Part shown: one piece after another, positions 35,399 through 49,356 of the stretch
How the letters are laid out: each line of letters begins with the position of its first letter
Numbering within the stretch: position 1 is the first letter of the stretch
NCBI GenBank assembly: GCA_051294375.1
Contig: CM119270.1
Coordinates: 12,275,676 to 12,339,675, forward strand
Length of the DNA: 64,000 bases
Direction: 5' to 3'
Source of the DNA: Paraspadella gotoi
Taxonomy: Eukaryota; Animalia; Chaetognatha
Made by a program: the position numbers and the translations under genes
The notes under the pieces: model-generated
Databases searched by the model: none
The model's input: only the letters and a program-made list of their open reading frames with translations
Told to the model about the DNA's origin: nothing

Positions 35399-38300
35399 AA
35401 GTTATTATTAACCTTAAAAGGTCAAGACTATTCAATAAAAAATAACTGAGGCGAAGCATATTATTTTTTTTCACCCTGTTTTAGTTGCCATAATTTATGT
35501 ATTGTATTCTTTTAGTTGTTCTTGTCTTATTGGCGAAAAGACCTTACTTTGTGTTCCAATTTTAGAATTGGCTCTCACGATTTTTTCCATGGTCACAAAT
35601 TTGAAAAAAAAAAATTCTTATTACAAAATACATAATATTAATGTGAATTTCTCAAGTAATTCAATATTAGCAGCTGTTTTAATTTTTAATTATTCAAAAC
35701 AATAATTTTTTAAAAGAGTGAAAGAGATTTTTATTATTCGGGAGGTCCATCTCTTATGGGACTAACTTCAAGTCAGCAATAATAGGGACAGAAATGACAG
35801 CATTCCCTACGGGCGCTGTCACAAAAGCATATGCTGCCTTCTCTGGACACTTAGAGAAGGTCATGGTTGCCGAATGGGAATCTTTTTAATTGATTGTGTT
35901 GTCATTACAACCTTTTACAAGTGTACATATTCATATTCAATTTTTTTTTTATTTACCAGTCCAAACGATTTTTTAAGTTAATCTCAAAAGAGCTGGACCT
36001 TCCAGTAAAGTTGGACAAATTCTGTTTGGAGTATCTTTTAACGTCTCAGAATTTTTGGTTTTTTTCTAAGCTAACTTGCTGTACTACAATACATTAGCAA
36101 GAATTTCCAAGTAAATTATTAGCTATGAATGCGTTCACCATTTCTTACGAAATAGGTGAAACAGCAGCAGCAGTCGCGAATGACAACCTATTATTAATGT
36201 CATTTTATTCAGAAAGATAACAAAAAGTATCACACATAATACACATACAAAACAAAGACTCAAATAAATAACAAGCAACAGTTTTTGAGGAAAACCGTAA
36301 AGAAGAATTTTTAACTAAAACAAAAAGAAAATTTTCGTAATTATTGTTTGAAAAAAATGGCCACTGCAGTCTGTCATCTCTCAGTCGATGCGCAATTTAA
36401 ATTTAATTAGTTTTTGCTGAATGAGGTTACTATATGTTAATACGTCGGCAAATTATATAATTTATAAAAAAATCTATATAGCATTGGAAGAAATTTTTTT
36501 CTACGAAATAAAATAAAACTTCTGCCAAAAAGAAATTATTTCAAGTTACTCTATTCATCATCCTTTAAAGTGGTCTTAAAAACTTTAAAAAATCCTTAAA
36601 AAATTATTTTCGTGTATTGCACATATTGTCTTATTTTAAGTTTTATCCTACTAATGCTTAAAAAAAAAGAACCAAGTTCGGGGCATATTTTTAGCAGAGA
36701 GATCATTATGAATTAAATAATATCAGATCAACAGAATTCAGATTTCCTCACGGCTTTGTTGTTTGGTTTTTAGACTAGGTACACATACTTCGTCTAATCG
36801 ACTAAGAGTCGATGATGATAAAACGATTCGAGATCCTCAAATGGTTCAACAAAACAGAGTTTCATCCTCCCTCAGATATTGAGTATGGTTTTCTATTTTT
36901 TGTAACAATTTCATGACTTCAATATCAAGTAAAACATTCTTTTATGCTTTAAAAAATGAAGATTACGCTGATGCAATAATTGTAAAGCTTAAAAAGAAAT
37001 AGGAAAGCGCACTTAATAATAATTAGTAGAAAAAGAAAGAATGAAAGTGACAATTTTGACGGTTCTTCCGAGGGTTCCGAGACAAACTCCGTTCAGCCGA
37101 ATCATTCCAGATGTAAAAATCGTATGGTTTTTCTAAAGTACAAAAATTTTACAAGATAAAAACAAAAAAAAAGTTATGAGACAATTAAGTTTTAAAAAAT
37201 GTAAAACAAGTATTAAGTGGGCGGCATCATAGCATTTGAATCATAATTCGATCCAAAAAAATACCATTAACTTAAAATAATAATAAATAAAAATTCTACT
37301 CTTACGGTCATTGATTTAAATACAAACATGGATGTGTCTCGTCATGTCATCACAATAAAATCAGTACATCGCTTCCTCGCGATAACAGTCCGCAAAATTT
37401 ATTCAAAAGAACTTCGGAGATGGCGGTGGATTCGTAATAATTTTATTTAGTTATTATCGCGAGCTCATGATGTACTTGGAAACAGTTTAAAATTAAATAA
37501 GGCTTGGGATAAAACCGCTTAAATAGTTTGGGGAAGAGGGTTAAAATTGCACTCGATTTAAGCCTTTGTGAAAAAATAGGGTGTTCAAAGGGGATAAAGA
37601 AAAAATCAAATTTTAGTCTATTCTGTATAAAGGAGTCAATAGTAGTTTTACTTGGAATGTATTTTGTGCTATTTAAGAAGGTAATTATCTCACACTAAAT
37701 ACATTTAATCTCACGCTGAATATACTTAATTTTACGAAATTGTCATTTTTTTATCGGTAAATTGAATAAAAAGGCTAATTCTTATCTTGACTGAATATTA
37801 AAAAGATGTAAACACTTTAATAATGAAATAATCAAAACACTACATTGTACTGTGTATAAATAACTAAATATCACTCAAATGTACAAATAATTCTGCCTAT
37901 TAAGGTGAGAATAACTAAAATCGAATCGAATAGTCGACAAAATTGATCGAATTGTGTTGGCCATGTTGCATTAATCATTGTAGTGTAAATAATATACCTA
38001 AACTGCCACGGGGACCTCATTAGTGGCTGATTTGTAACAGATAAAGTAAAATGCAGCCCTAACCTCTCCCCCCTCTTGCACAAAAGAACAAAATGATTAA
38101 TTATCAGCGAATTAAATGCAACTCTAACGTTAAAAAAAGCGAAAAAACCGCGTTTGGGATGAGGTTCCTGGCCAATCAAATTCCTCGATATTTTCTATTA
38201 TGATCAAAAAGATAAAATTTTTTTTGTGAATTTTCCTACTTTTGTTTAAATTACAAAATTGGCAACGATGACTAGTCCAGAGGTAATTTAAACAAATTAT

Positions 38301-38965
38301 AATCGATATTCTCTTTTAAATTGAAAAAAAATCATTTTAAAATAAGTTATGACTCGGAATTTCAATTTATCAGGAACTTCATTCCACGAGCAGTTTAACC
38401 GTCTCGATTTTGTTATAGCCAACGTAATAATAAAAGTGAGGATTGAAAAAAAAATCCCGCTTAAAAAAAACAATGTAGGGCTTAAATATGATGAGAATCA
38501 AATATAACAATGCAATATGCGATTTAGAAAAAAAAAAAAAAAAACTTGGAGTGTTGAAATTTTGTTTTTGTTGTTGTTGTAGTTGTTTTTTTTAAATTCG
38601 TTGACTACGCCTGCCCTCTCTCGTCGAATGGAAAGGCACCGCACAGACGTCGAAATGGCACACGAAGCGAGGAAACTTTGTTTGTTGTCGTTTTCCTTTT
38701 TTTTTCCGGAGTGCGAGAAGGAGGAAAGGGGGGGGGGAAAGGGTAGGAGGGGGAACGCGTCGGATTTTTTGGGTTTTTTTTTTCGTCGTCGTCGTTTTCG
38801 TCGTCGTCGTTTTCGTCCGGTCGGAAGGGAAATTCTCACGTTCGCCGCTTCGCTCTTTTGTCTCAATTCGGTCGGTCGCGGGATCGCCGTCTCTCTCTCT
38901 CGCTCGAAGCGGGCGACGCCCAATTCGGCGGCGGAGGCCGGATAGAGACGGGCAGGCCATTCCGC

Positions 38966-41924
38966 TCACTGATAGAGAAGGTAGCCTCGGATCGTCGGCG
39001 GGAGCGGCAAATGGTGGACGCGATGCAGATTGTTTCTGCCTACGTGCAATCGAATTGTCCTTCGGCACAAATCCATGAGGGGCAAGGGTTCCGCTGTTTG
39101 GGGGGGGGGGGCAAAACAAGTAGTTGAGTCTTTCGGTTATGATAGCTTTTAAAATATTTAGCCGGTCGATTTGAACACAAAACAAAAATAAATAAATAAT
39201 AAATTTACAAATAAATAATTATTTCAAATAAGTAAAAAAATACGTAAACATGAATTTAAAAAGAAGGAATCTAAAAAATAATAGTAAAGAAATCAATCAA
39301 TCAAATTGAAAATAAAACAGTGAATCAATTTATTAATCAATAAAATACACGTCAATCACTCAATAATTAACAATTGACTCAGTCCAACAATCAGTGCAAT
39401 CAGTTTACATCTTAATTTTTATTTCAATCAATCAATCAAAGTAAGAAATGAAAGTAGTCCTTACGATCCAATCCTCCGATGTATCGAGTCGTGATTTCGC
39501 AATGTCCCCACACGGCGCTGACGATGGGATAGAGCTTCTTCCCTTTGAGCCCCCGGAAGGCCACGCCCAAGTAGCGCCCGTCTACTACGAAGGAGAGCGT
39601 CCCCTCGTCCATGTCTAGGACGACGTGGAATTTGTCCGGCACCACAAAGTTTTCGTCGGCGTTGGCGAGGCGCGGGTAATTGTGGCCCGGGTGGTTCTTC
39701 GAGTCGTGATAGAGTTTGTTGCGGCCCAAGTCCCAGCCCCAGCTCTCGCCGTTGGACCCGACGAGGCTTTGGTAGCCGACGCAGTGGAGCGGCGCGTCTT
39801 TGGTCGCCACGCCCACCACGGCGTGCGTGCCTCTTTGACGCGACGACCACGTCATCTCCCACACGTGGAGGCCGCGCGTGTAGCCGACGCGGCCCCGGAT
39901 GCAGTCCGTTGACTGCGCGACCGGGTGGCGGTGAAACGTCAGTTTGTCGTCGTCCTTGACGAAAATGTTGAGGCTGCGGTCGTCGGGGTTCCACGAGTTG
40001 GCGACCTGGTTGACCGGAGGAAAATGGGGGGGGGGAGAAGTTGAATGAATTGGGTTCGATTCGTACGTGTGACCTGCTGTGAGTATTAATAACTTTCAGA
40101 ATTGCTTTGATATAACAGCTTTAACTGGCTTAATCTCTTGGTGACACGTGAAAGGACCCTATCCCCCTCAGGCCCTCCGTGACCACAATGACTCCTGAGA
40201 AGGGCCCCCTTGTTTTATTGTCAATGCGCAGTCTTGGTCTCGGGCGTCTTCAAGATTTTAACGAGAAACTTTTTGGGCTGAGATTTCAACAACAAAATTT
40301 CCTTTTTTTTTAAATTTACGTAAAATTTTCAAAATTTGTAAACTTTTTTAAGAAAAATATTTTAGAGAAAGTTTGATTTGGTTTTGACAACGATTAAAAA
40401 AATTTTTTTAATTCTTAAACAAAAATAAAAAAAATTAGAAAATACATTTAACATTTAATTTTAAGAAAACTTTTTTATTATTTAATATTTATTTAGTGAA
40501 TATTTCAAACGTAACTGATTTCCTATTACGTAACTAATCTCATTAATTTCCAGAAAGGAAAAAAAACAATCGGCAATTTATCGCCGCGAACTCGAAATCT
40601 GAAGATTTTCGGCGGAGGCGAATTAAAAATATAAAAGGCCGTTAATTTTGGAAAGATGCCCGTCGGGCACGCGGTCTTTTAATATCGCCGTGCCCGTCAG
40701 CAAAAAAAACCGTGCCAAAAGGCAACCTCTCAAAAAAGGCTGTTCTACCCTAATACGTTCCTCTCGCCAGAGAACTCAGCTTATTTTGATTTAATCAATT
40801 CCGCATCCTCGCGCTTCGACTCTCCGTCTCTGCGATTCGCTATGACTGTCTCTCATTCTCTTTCTCTTTCTCTTTTTTTTTATGTTTTTCTCGTTCTCTC
40901 TCCTACAGCTGCACTCTCGAAATCTGCGACCGCAAATCAATTTAACATGCCTCTCCCGAAAGAGTTTTCCTACACCTCTAAACCCTCTCCAGAAACCCCC
41001 GATTCGTTTCCAAAGCACTCCCAAACCCGACGCGACTCCCCCTAATCCTTATAACACCCCCGAACCCTCTCCCAACAACCTCCCCAGCCCTGCCAAACCC
41101 ACCTGCGACTCCGCCGAGGCCGGCGGCATGTCGAGCAACATGTCGAGGCGAGACGGCTTGGCGGCGTCGAGGGAGAGGGGATGTTCGGGGCCGAGGAGGC
41201 CGCCCCCGAGCGGCGCCCGCCCCGACGACCCCGTCCCGACCGAGGAAGAGTTGGCGGAGTTGATGGCGGTCTTATAGGCGGCGGCGGTGGGGTCCCTCGT
41301 CAGGGTCTTTATGCCGCCCGAGACTTTTTGTCCCATCATAGAGATGGAGAATCCTGGAGGCGGCGGCGTCGGAGGTGAAGCCGCCGATGAGGAGGAGGAA
41401 GTGGAGGAGGCGGAAAGAGCGGCGGAGGAGGTTGAAGGGAGTGAAGAGGCCGCCACTGCCGGAAGCGAAGAGGCTGCGGCGGCGGATGCCGAGGCGGAGG
41501 CGGAGCTTCCGGCGCCGGAGAAATCCGTGGTCGCCGGAAGGACGAAAGCCGCCAGAGAGGCGGAGAGGCGTGAGCCGGCGGCGGCGGGAGCGAAAGAAAC
41601 GCCGGGAGGGGCAGCCAGCGTGGTAGCGGCGGACAACGGAGGCGTGGGCGTGGCGGCGGCGATCACCCCGCCCTCGTTTTTGCGCCTCGGGCGGCGGGAG
41701 TTGCTGCAAAAGTTCCGGCGCCGCGTCGACGAAGACGGGGACGAAGACGGCGTCAACGCGAAGCAGGAGACGACGAACGGCGGCGTCGACGGGGCGAGAA
41801 CGAGAGGCGCGCCGGAGGCGTGGCGGCTTCCGGCTGCGGCGGCGGCTGCGCGAGTAGTGACGAGGATGGCGGCTGCGGCGGGAACGGCCAGCGGTGAGAA
41901 GAGGGAGGTGAGATGATCCACCAT
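38966..41924 (-). CDS. SPSB1: SPRY domain-containing SOCS box protein (SPSB1/4, Drosophila gustavus-like), 3 coding exons
   Basis: Exons are 41924 (or 41339/41336)-41103, 40005-39465 and 39093-38966. The protein reads [11 protein letters not shown]...[13 protein letters not shown] / [36 protein letters not shown]...[13 protein letters not shown]...SWGWDLGRN...[14 protein letters not shown] / [16 protein letters not shown]...[14 protein letters not shown]. It is 301 aa from the conserved start, or 496 aa from the upstream in-frame ATG. The symbol denotes the SPSB1/4 family, not one-to-one orthology. Confidence 0.95.
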
Positions 41925-42235
41925 GGGACCGGAAGTGATTGGCGTGGGGAGAAGATAAGTCCCCCGGGGGCGGAGCGAGGGGTGAGTGAGCGCGCCGTCT
42001 TTGCTGGAGGGGAGTGTAGTTTTTTTTTGTTTTTTTTTAGATGGAGCGGTTGGTGGAGCAAATTTTCTCTTTTTGTTTGTTTGTTAGTATCCGTTTGTTG
42101 TTGTTGCTATTGTTGTTGTTGTTGTTTAAATGTTTTTCTGCGCCTGCGGAACGAGGCTTTGAAGCAGACAAACTGAGAAAAAGACAAGAATATTGATTAA
42201 TTCAATCAAGAAGTATTTGAAGAGATTAAAATGGT

Positions 42236-42356
<121 letters not shown>

Positions 42357-43329
42357 AATCAATTAGGAATTTCCTTCCGTCTATGAAAAATAAAACATTT
42401 CCAACGTTGGTCGCTTTATTCTGTCGAAGCTTAAGTAATCCAGAAATATGAGATTAAGGGCGAAGAGCGGTTGAGAAAAGTAGAATTCTGGCGGATTAAA
42501 CGAGTAATGAGAGATATTTTGATCGATTGAAGAGTAACGAATGAAATGTTGTTTAGATTGAATGATTTATTGAAAGTGATACTTGATTGATTGTGTTTTG
42601 AGGAATCCGTCACGAGTAGAATGAAGAAGCGTTCAATTGAGTTGTAATTAATTAGACTTTATTAGTTTTCTTTAATTGATCACGGAACGGATTAGATTGG
42701 ATTCCAAGTGAAGGATCAAAAGCATAGAGACATAGAGTATTTAATTATTCTAATTTTCACACCACCACTTTGTTAAGTGCCAAACACCAGAGGTTCCGGA
42801 CAAATGCTCATCTGGTCTCAGTGGAGATTTCACCCGGAATCTTTCCAGTTTGTCTCTTCAATTGCAAAAGAAGCAAATACGATCAGCCTTGTTCATTCAA
42901 CATGTTTTTTGTGTCTTTTTATTATCCTTCACACCGTCACACATTTTCAGGTTGCAATACATGCAAACTTTCTTGTATTTACTTTGCACCATAAAACGCA
43001 CGGTCATTAAAAATAAAACTTCACGGTTCGTCACTTTAGACTGCAAAAGCTAAAACGCTGCCCGTGAAATAATGAAAATAACCAAGAAGCACGCCGTTTC
43101 ACCCCGACCGCGTGATCGTACTGAAAACGAAATGTGTTCGATCAAACTTAAATCGCTTTTAACTTCGAAATAAAAGTCAAAGCAACGGAAAACATAAGAA
43201 GATTCACTGGATTATTAACGTTCATATCGTCGGTTATTCCCAACATTAAAGAGCTTCGGCGTCGCAGTGAAAAAAAGGGGAAAAAAACGAAAGGCAAGAT
43301 TCAGGACAAAGGGATACCAACGAGAGAAG

Positions 43330-43373
<44 letters not shown>

Positions 43374-43375
43374 AG

Positions 43376-43410
<35 letters not shown>

Positions 43411-43564
43411 GAGAGAGAGAAAGAAAAGGAGAGAGAGAGAAGAAAGGCAGCAAAGGAAGAAGGGCTCTCTGTATTCGATGGCTGATTGAAGGCACAAAAG
43501 GAAGAAGCAGTTGGAAGAGGCAGCGAGCGAGAAGGACGATGATGACGATGAAGATGATGATAAC

Positions 43565-43595
<31 letters not shown>

Positions 43596-43873
43596 GGTGG
43601 TAGGAAAGGAAGATTGAATCTTAGCAGCGGAGAGGATGGGAGGAGGCTCGCGCGTTCGAGGTGGGGGGGAGATGAGGAGGAGGAGGAGGAGAAGGAGTTG
43701 ATACACAAAGAGAGGAAGAGGACGAGGGAGAAGCAGCAGAAAATCCCGATTATAAAACACACACACACACACAACACACGAAACGTACCAAACAAATGGA
43801 TGGATCTCTTCTTTGCAAGAGCATTAAAAGCTGTAAGGAGAAATGAAAAAAGAAATAAAAAAGATAGAATAAT

Positions 43874-43967
<94 letters not shown>

Positions 43968-46657
43968 AGAGAGAGAGAAAGAGAGAGAAGAGAAAAAAAA
44001 GAGAGAGCAAGAGGAAAGCCCCTTGACTTCCACAAAAAAAAAAAACAGAAAAGAGAGAGAGAGAGAAAGAGAGAGAGAAATTTGCCATGGAATTGATGGC
44101 ATTCGCAGAAGCTGCACCGTTGGTCTGCAGTTGAGGGCATGTCTGGCATTGCATTCGAGGACGACGAAGCAGCAACGAGAAAGGGGGGCGAGGGGGGGGG
44201 GGTTGGGAGGGAGTCTGGGAGAGTTGGGGTAGAGAGGCCAGGGCTTTCTGCAGTTGAGAGGATATTCGAGGTGGGGAGGGAATAAGTAGGTTTGAGAGGC
44301 AAAATGTTTAGTTCTTTGACATTAGGGAAGGTAGGAAGAAAAGGTATAGATTATATTCGTTAGAAATAGTAGTCACCAAGAAAAAAGGTCAAATTTGGGT
44401 GTTTGGTGAATGAAAATCAAAAAGGGGATGACTTTTAGGGGTTTTAAAAAAGTCTGTTTGTATTTATGATAGCTATAAGTTAGATACAGTGAAGCTCTGG
44501 CAAGTACTCCCAATACTATATCAAAGTTCTCAGCAAATACTCTAATATTACCAGTAGATTTATCAGACAGTAACTCTTTTTAAGTCTCTTGGGTATTGCA
44601 TATATGAACGATTAATTTTAATAAGTAGGAATCATAATTAGATAATAAATCTGAGAATTATACATAGATATGATTTTTGATACAAATTTAATGTGGAAAA
44701 AAAAATTTTTAAAAAAGGTTATTTGCATAAAAAAAATCAAGAGGTTAATTGTTTTCTTAAGAATTCGTAAAAAAAAGGTTTAACGGAGTTAAGGTTGAGG
44801 TTAAGGGACTGATTAGAAAGGGTTACATAGCAAAAAAATAAAAGGTTTAAGTCTGGTTTTTAAACGGTTAATTGGGTTAAAAAACAGTGTAGTCTACCGC
44901 AATAAACTCATGTGCAACCAAAACCAAAAAAACGCGCCATTTTATAACTTTAAATTCCAGATGCTTCATAAGAATATTTTTTTAAATTATATAAGAAAGA
45001 TAAAATTTGAAAAAAAAATAAATCAATGTCTATAAGTTTTATCAAAATCAGTTGAGCAGTTTAAGAGATATAATTTTTTTAAACTTGAGTGTTCCAAATT
45101 AAAAAGGGAAAATCGAATATTATTCAAAAGCTTTAGAATCATTAAATATTTATTTTATTTTTTAATAATTTTGAAATTATTATTATTAAAGATTTTTGTC
45201 AATCCAATTATCTACCTATCCCTCCGGATATCTCTTGTAATTTTTTAAATTTTTAATATATTATAAAAAATATAAAATATTACGAAAAAATTAATCTTAA
45301 ATAAATCAATTTTTTTAAAGTTCAGCTTTGTAGTAAATTACTTCAATTTTAAAAATTACTGCTTGTAACAAAATTTATACTAAACTTTTCATATTTCAAT
45401 AAATTTTAATTTACTTTTGAGAGGTAGACATTGTATTTTGACTTTCTTTTTAAAAATTTACTTTTAAAGTTTTTTTAAATTCTAATATACAGGGTGATTT
45501 TTAATGGCTGGTTTAAAGTGGCACTTTTTTTTGCACATGACTGTACATTAAACTAAATATTTATCAAACGTTTATCAAAGTCAACTTTAAGAAGTAATTT
45601 TACAAAAGTATTTCACTTTTCGATTGGTTGTCTTATCATATCGATTCTAATTAGTATAAAACGGTGCATTACTTTTTGTAATGGAATCTTTCATAATAAA
45701 ATATGAAAATGAGAAATAACAGCAAATGAATCAACTCATCGATTCCCATGATCACTCATCTCCATCACGTTCGGGTCATCGCATTAACGATACAATTAGA
45801 GCATTAATGAATATAATATTCATAGTTTGTGAGATGATTCAGCCGCGCATCTGTCATCCGTGGATCCGAGGATTTGACAATTCGGAGACTCGAAGTTTTG
45901 GCCGAAGCAACGACGCGTTGCCGAGCGAACCACGCGCACTCATTCACTCCCTTTGAATCAGCGAATTACTCATCACTTTAGAATCGAGAATGATTCTCCT
46001 ATCACCACTCAGCGCTCCTTTTAAATCAGCAATACTAGTTTGACCCTATTTTTGCGTTACAATTTCAAATTAACTTTGTACGTTTTTTACCAGTATTGAT
46101 TCTGTTTATTATGCTTTAGTCATCAGCAATGATTCTGTTTTTTTTACACAAAGCATTCCTCGCCTTTTTGGGGGCTCACTGTTTCTTACAGCATTGTATA
46201 TATCAAATCAGCCATAATTAAATTAATTTCTAAGTACACAGCAATGATTTTTTTTTCGTTTAAATTATTTATAAAGTATTTTGACACGGGAATCATTCTT
46301 TTTAAATTAAATCTTTGCTCTTTTTATGTATCATCGATGGTTATATTTATTCCTCATTACTCCGTTTGAATCAGCATTTAATCTTCGAAAATTATCCATC
46401 GCTTGATTCCAACCGGGAATGATTGAATTACTCATCAGTCATCACTCTTCAACGCATCTGAATCAGCAAAGTGTCAATTGATTGATGACATTTAAAATAA
46501 AGTCTTATATCATCATGAATTAAAGTATAGTGGCGACTTTGATTATAATACAGTTTAAATCGCGAATCGTAAACAAGTCAAATAAAATGGAGCCGTATTT
46601 AAATGTCGACTTGGAACAGTTTCGTTCGCCGACGCAACCGTGTCCTAAAATAATTAT

Positions 46658-46768
46658 ATATAATTATATATAATATATATATAATTATAATATAATTATA
46701 TATAATTATATAGTATATATTATATATATAATATATATATTATATTATATTATATTATATTATATTAT
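46658..46768. repeat. TA-only microsatellite flanked by the 21-bp direct repeat ACCGTGTCCTAAAATAATTAT
   Basis: Direct repeats at 46637-46657 and 46769-46789. Confidence 0.85.
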
Positions 46769-47807
46769 ACCGTGTCCTAAAATAATTATGGTTTTAGAAC
46801 GAAAATTTTTCAAAACGACGAGAAAAACGTAAACGATCGTAGAAACTTAATTTAAAAACTTAACTGGAAAGAGAATCGAGAGAAAGAAAAACAACGTACG
46901 ACGTCGATCGAAGACTCGAGGAGATTTTGATCGTTAAAACTTTGGCGAGAAAGTAAAAAAAAAACAAAAAACATAATAATAAATCCAGACAGAAAAACTA
47001 TTTTCCCACGTCGAATAAAGCATTAATTTTTTTATGAAAAAAATTATTTTCCTTTTTTTTTTTTTTGGTTCGAAATTGAAAAAAAAAAAAATTTGGAGAC
47101 GAAAAAAGAATCGAAGTGAGAAAAGCGAGAGACGAGAGAAGAGGACGGATTCCGAGCAGATGGCAAAGCGAGGAAGACGACGACGACGACGACGAGCACG
47201 ACGATGACGTATACCAAGGACGACGACGACGACGACGAGACTGCAAGGAGAGCCGACCGTCGAAAAAAGCTTAAGACTTTTGACGAAAAAGAAACAAAAA
47301 AAAAAAAAAAAACGTAGATGCGTTTCTCGGTTTCGCGTGTCGACGATTTACGGAAGCGTGCACGTGCGAGCGTGCGAGAGTGCGGGAGCGTATTGGCATG
47401 CGCGGTAATGTGAAGGGCAGGGTCGGTGCACCCATGAGTCTATCGAGGGTGAAGGTCATGCGCGGGGGGCTCCAACACTTTTATCCTCTCAGGGTCGCTT
47501 TTGAAAGGTCTCATTCACGAAGAGATATGAGAAAAAGAGAGAGAGAGAGAAGAGAGAGAGGAGTAGAGACAGTGCAGAGAGAGAGATCGAAATTCGCATT
47601 CGCGTGTCATCTGATTCCTTACAACTTACGTAAATATCTATTATCTCAGCCAAATGTAACGGCCATATTTTCCGAAAGCGCCCAATTTTAGCTTAAATTT
47701 AGAATAAATTTTTTTTTTCAGTTTACTGATCAGAATATTGGTTAAAGATAATCATTAGGTAAGGAGATAAGGTTAGGGACTGGATTATGGTTAAGATTTA
47801 TGGTAAA

Positions 47808-49356
47808 CTTTCCTCCATAAATTTTTTAATTTGTCAGAACGTTTTTCTCTTTTTTTTCCATATTTTTTGACACGCTAAACGTTTCTCTGATTACGCCAAA
47901 TTTCAAGAAAAAAATTAAAAATTAATAGTATCAATAGTTAGTGTTATGTCTCGAATAGATGGAAAAAAAACCTAATTTAAAAATTCGAACAGGAAGTGGA
48001 GTAACTAAGGCTTACCAATGGCATCCTCCACACTGATTGTTCTCTAAATATTTTTTTTTATTTAATACATTTGAAAGGGAAAAAAAGAAAATTCAGAATG
48101 CAGGCTGCAGAAAGGGTACAGATAATCTGGACATACTGACACGATAATCATGACCTTTTACGTATTGTGAAATGGGGGCAGTAAAGAAACCTAAAAAATT
48201 CGATCATTAAGTCAGTCAATGAACCCTTTCCAATGGGCTATTCCGCGAATTTTTTTTTCTTAATTCAAACATATGATAAGTAATAGAATTAAATTCCTTG
48301 TATAAAGGTTGTTATATTTAAAAGAAAATTATCAATACAAATCAACACAATGATGTCTTGCTTTGTCAAATATGTTGCCAGCTATGTAATTTTTTAAAAT
48401 TTTATTATGATAAACAAGCAGCGTGTCAAGCTTTTTGTTTGCAGTTGAAGATAATGAAAAATGACAATTTTTTTTCACAGACAAGACAAGACTGTTTATA
48501 TCAATCTGAAAATATTTTTGTATTTATCATTTTTCTTATTTAAAAAAACATTTTATCCAGCTACTTCATAAATTTTTGCTTGTTTTTTATTTTAATTAAA
48601 AAATACAAGCAAATTTATAGAGTAGAGAAAATGGTAATGGTAATCAAAATGTAATTTAGTCTTTCCTTTTTCAAATTACGAAAGAAGAAAAAAAATTTCA
48701 AATGCCTTCATTGAAATTTTTAATTCAAAAAACTGTTATACTTTTAACTCCGANNNNNNNNNNNNNNNNNNNNNNNNNNNNNNNNNNNNNNNNNNNNNNN
48801 NNNNNNNNNNNNNNNNNNNNNNNNNNNNNNNNNNNNNNNNNNNNNNNNNNNNNNNNNNNNNNNNNNNNNNNNNNNNNNNNNNNNNNNNNNNNNNNNNNNN
48901 NNNNNNNNNNNNNNNNNNNNNNNNNNNNNNNNNNNNNNNNNNNNNNNNNNNNNNNNNNNNNNNNNNNNNNNNNNNNNNNNNNNNNNNNNNNNNNNNNNNA
49001 TACCTAAATTTTAAAATAAAACCTAAAGAAAAATTTTCTTTTCTCTAGAGACATATCACTTTCAGGTGTACCCATCGTCTTACATATTTATGGATTATGC
49101 TGGAAGAAATCAGCAAAAAGTTTTCTCTTTTTTTTAAATAGTTTGTACTAGCGCGTCAGAAATCTAAGAAGAAACTCGAAAATTTTATTCTGACAAATTT
49201 TGCCTTTCAAGGCTGACGTTTATGACTATATCTCGGAAACCATAGTAAGAATTTAAAAAAGGTTTTTTGCATGTGAATATTGATATCATCCTCCAGGGAC
49301 CCCGATAAAAATATATAAAAAAATAAACTAATATTGGCTCTCGAGTGAGGTATCTA
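47808..49356. mobile_element. Putative non-autonomous insertion present in only one duplicate copy, flanked by a GGTAAA direct repeat
   Basis: GGTAAA lies at 47802-47807 and 49357-49362, and the empty site GATTTATGGTAAAGTATTAA is at ~55591-55610. An imperfect internal inverted repeat AATTTGTCAGAA...TGAC[A/G]CGCTA lies at ~47828-47878 vs ~49149-49200. Confidence 0.55.

Noticed and set aside
35999-36083. Second exon linking the candidate signal peptide to the pentraxin exon
   Set aside because: The required frame has a stop unless an A-homopolymer is one base shorter, so it cannot be supported from this sequence.
41287-41916. 209-aa Glu/Ala-rich ORF on the plus strand
   Set aside because: It is the antisense shadow of the GC-rich first coding exon of SPSB.
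44080-44302. Pro/Ser-rich peptide with CSFCECH at the start of ORF 43301-44302 (minus strand)
   Set aside because: It has a non-ATG start, runs into CT repeats and shows no recognisable homology. It is more likely SPSB 5' UTR or intron sequence.
45485-45530. TACAGGGTG as a Tc1/mariner MITE terminal repeat
   Set aside because: No matching CACCCTGTA end was found nearby.
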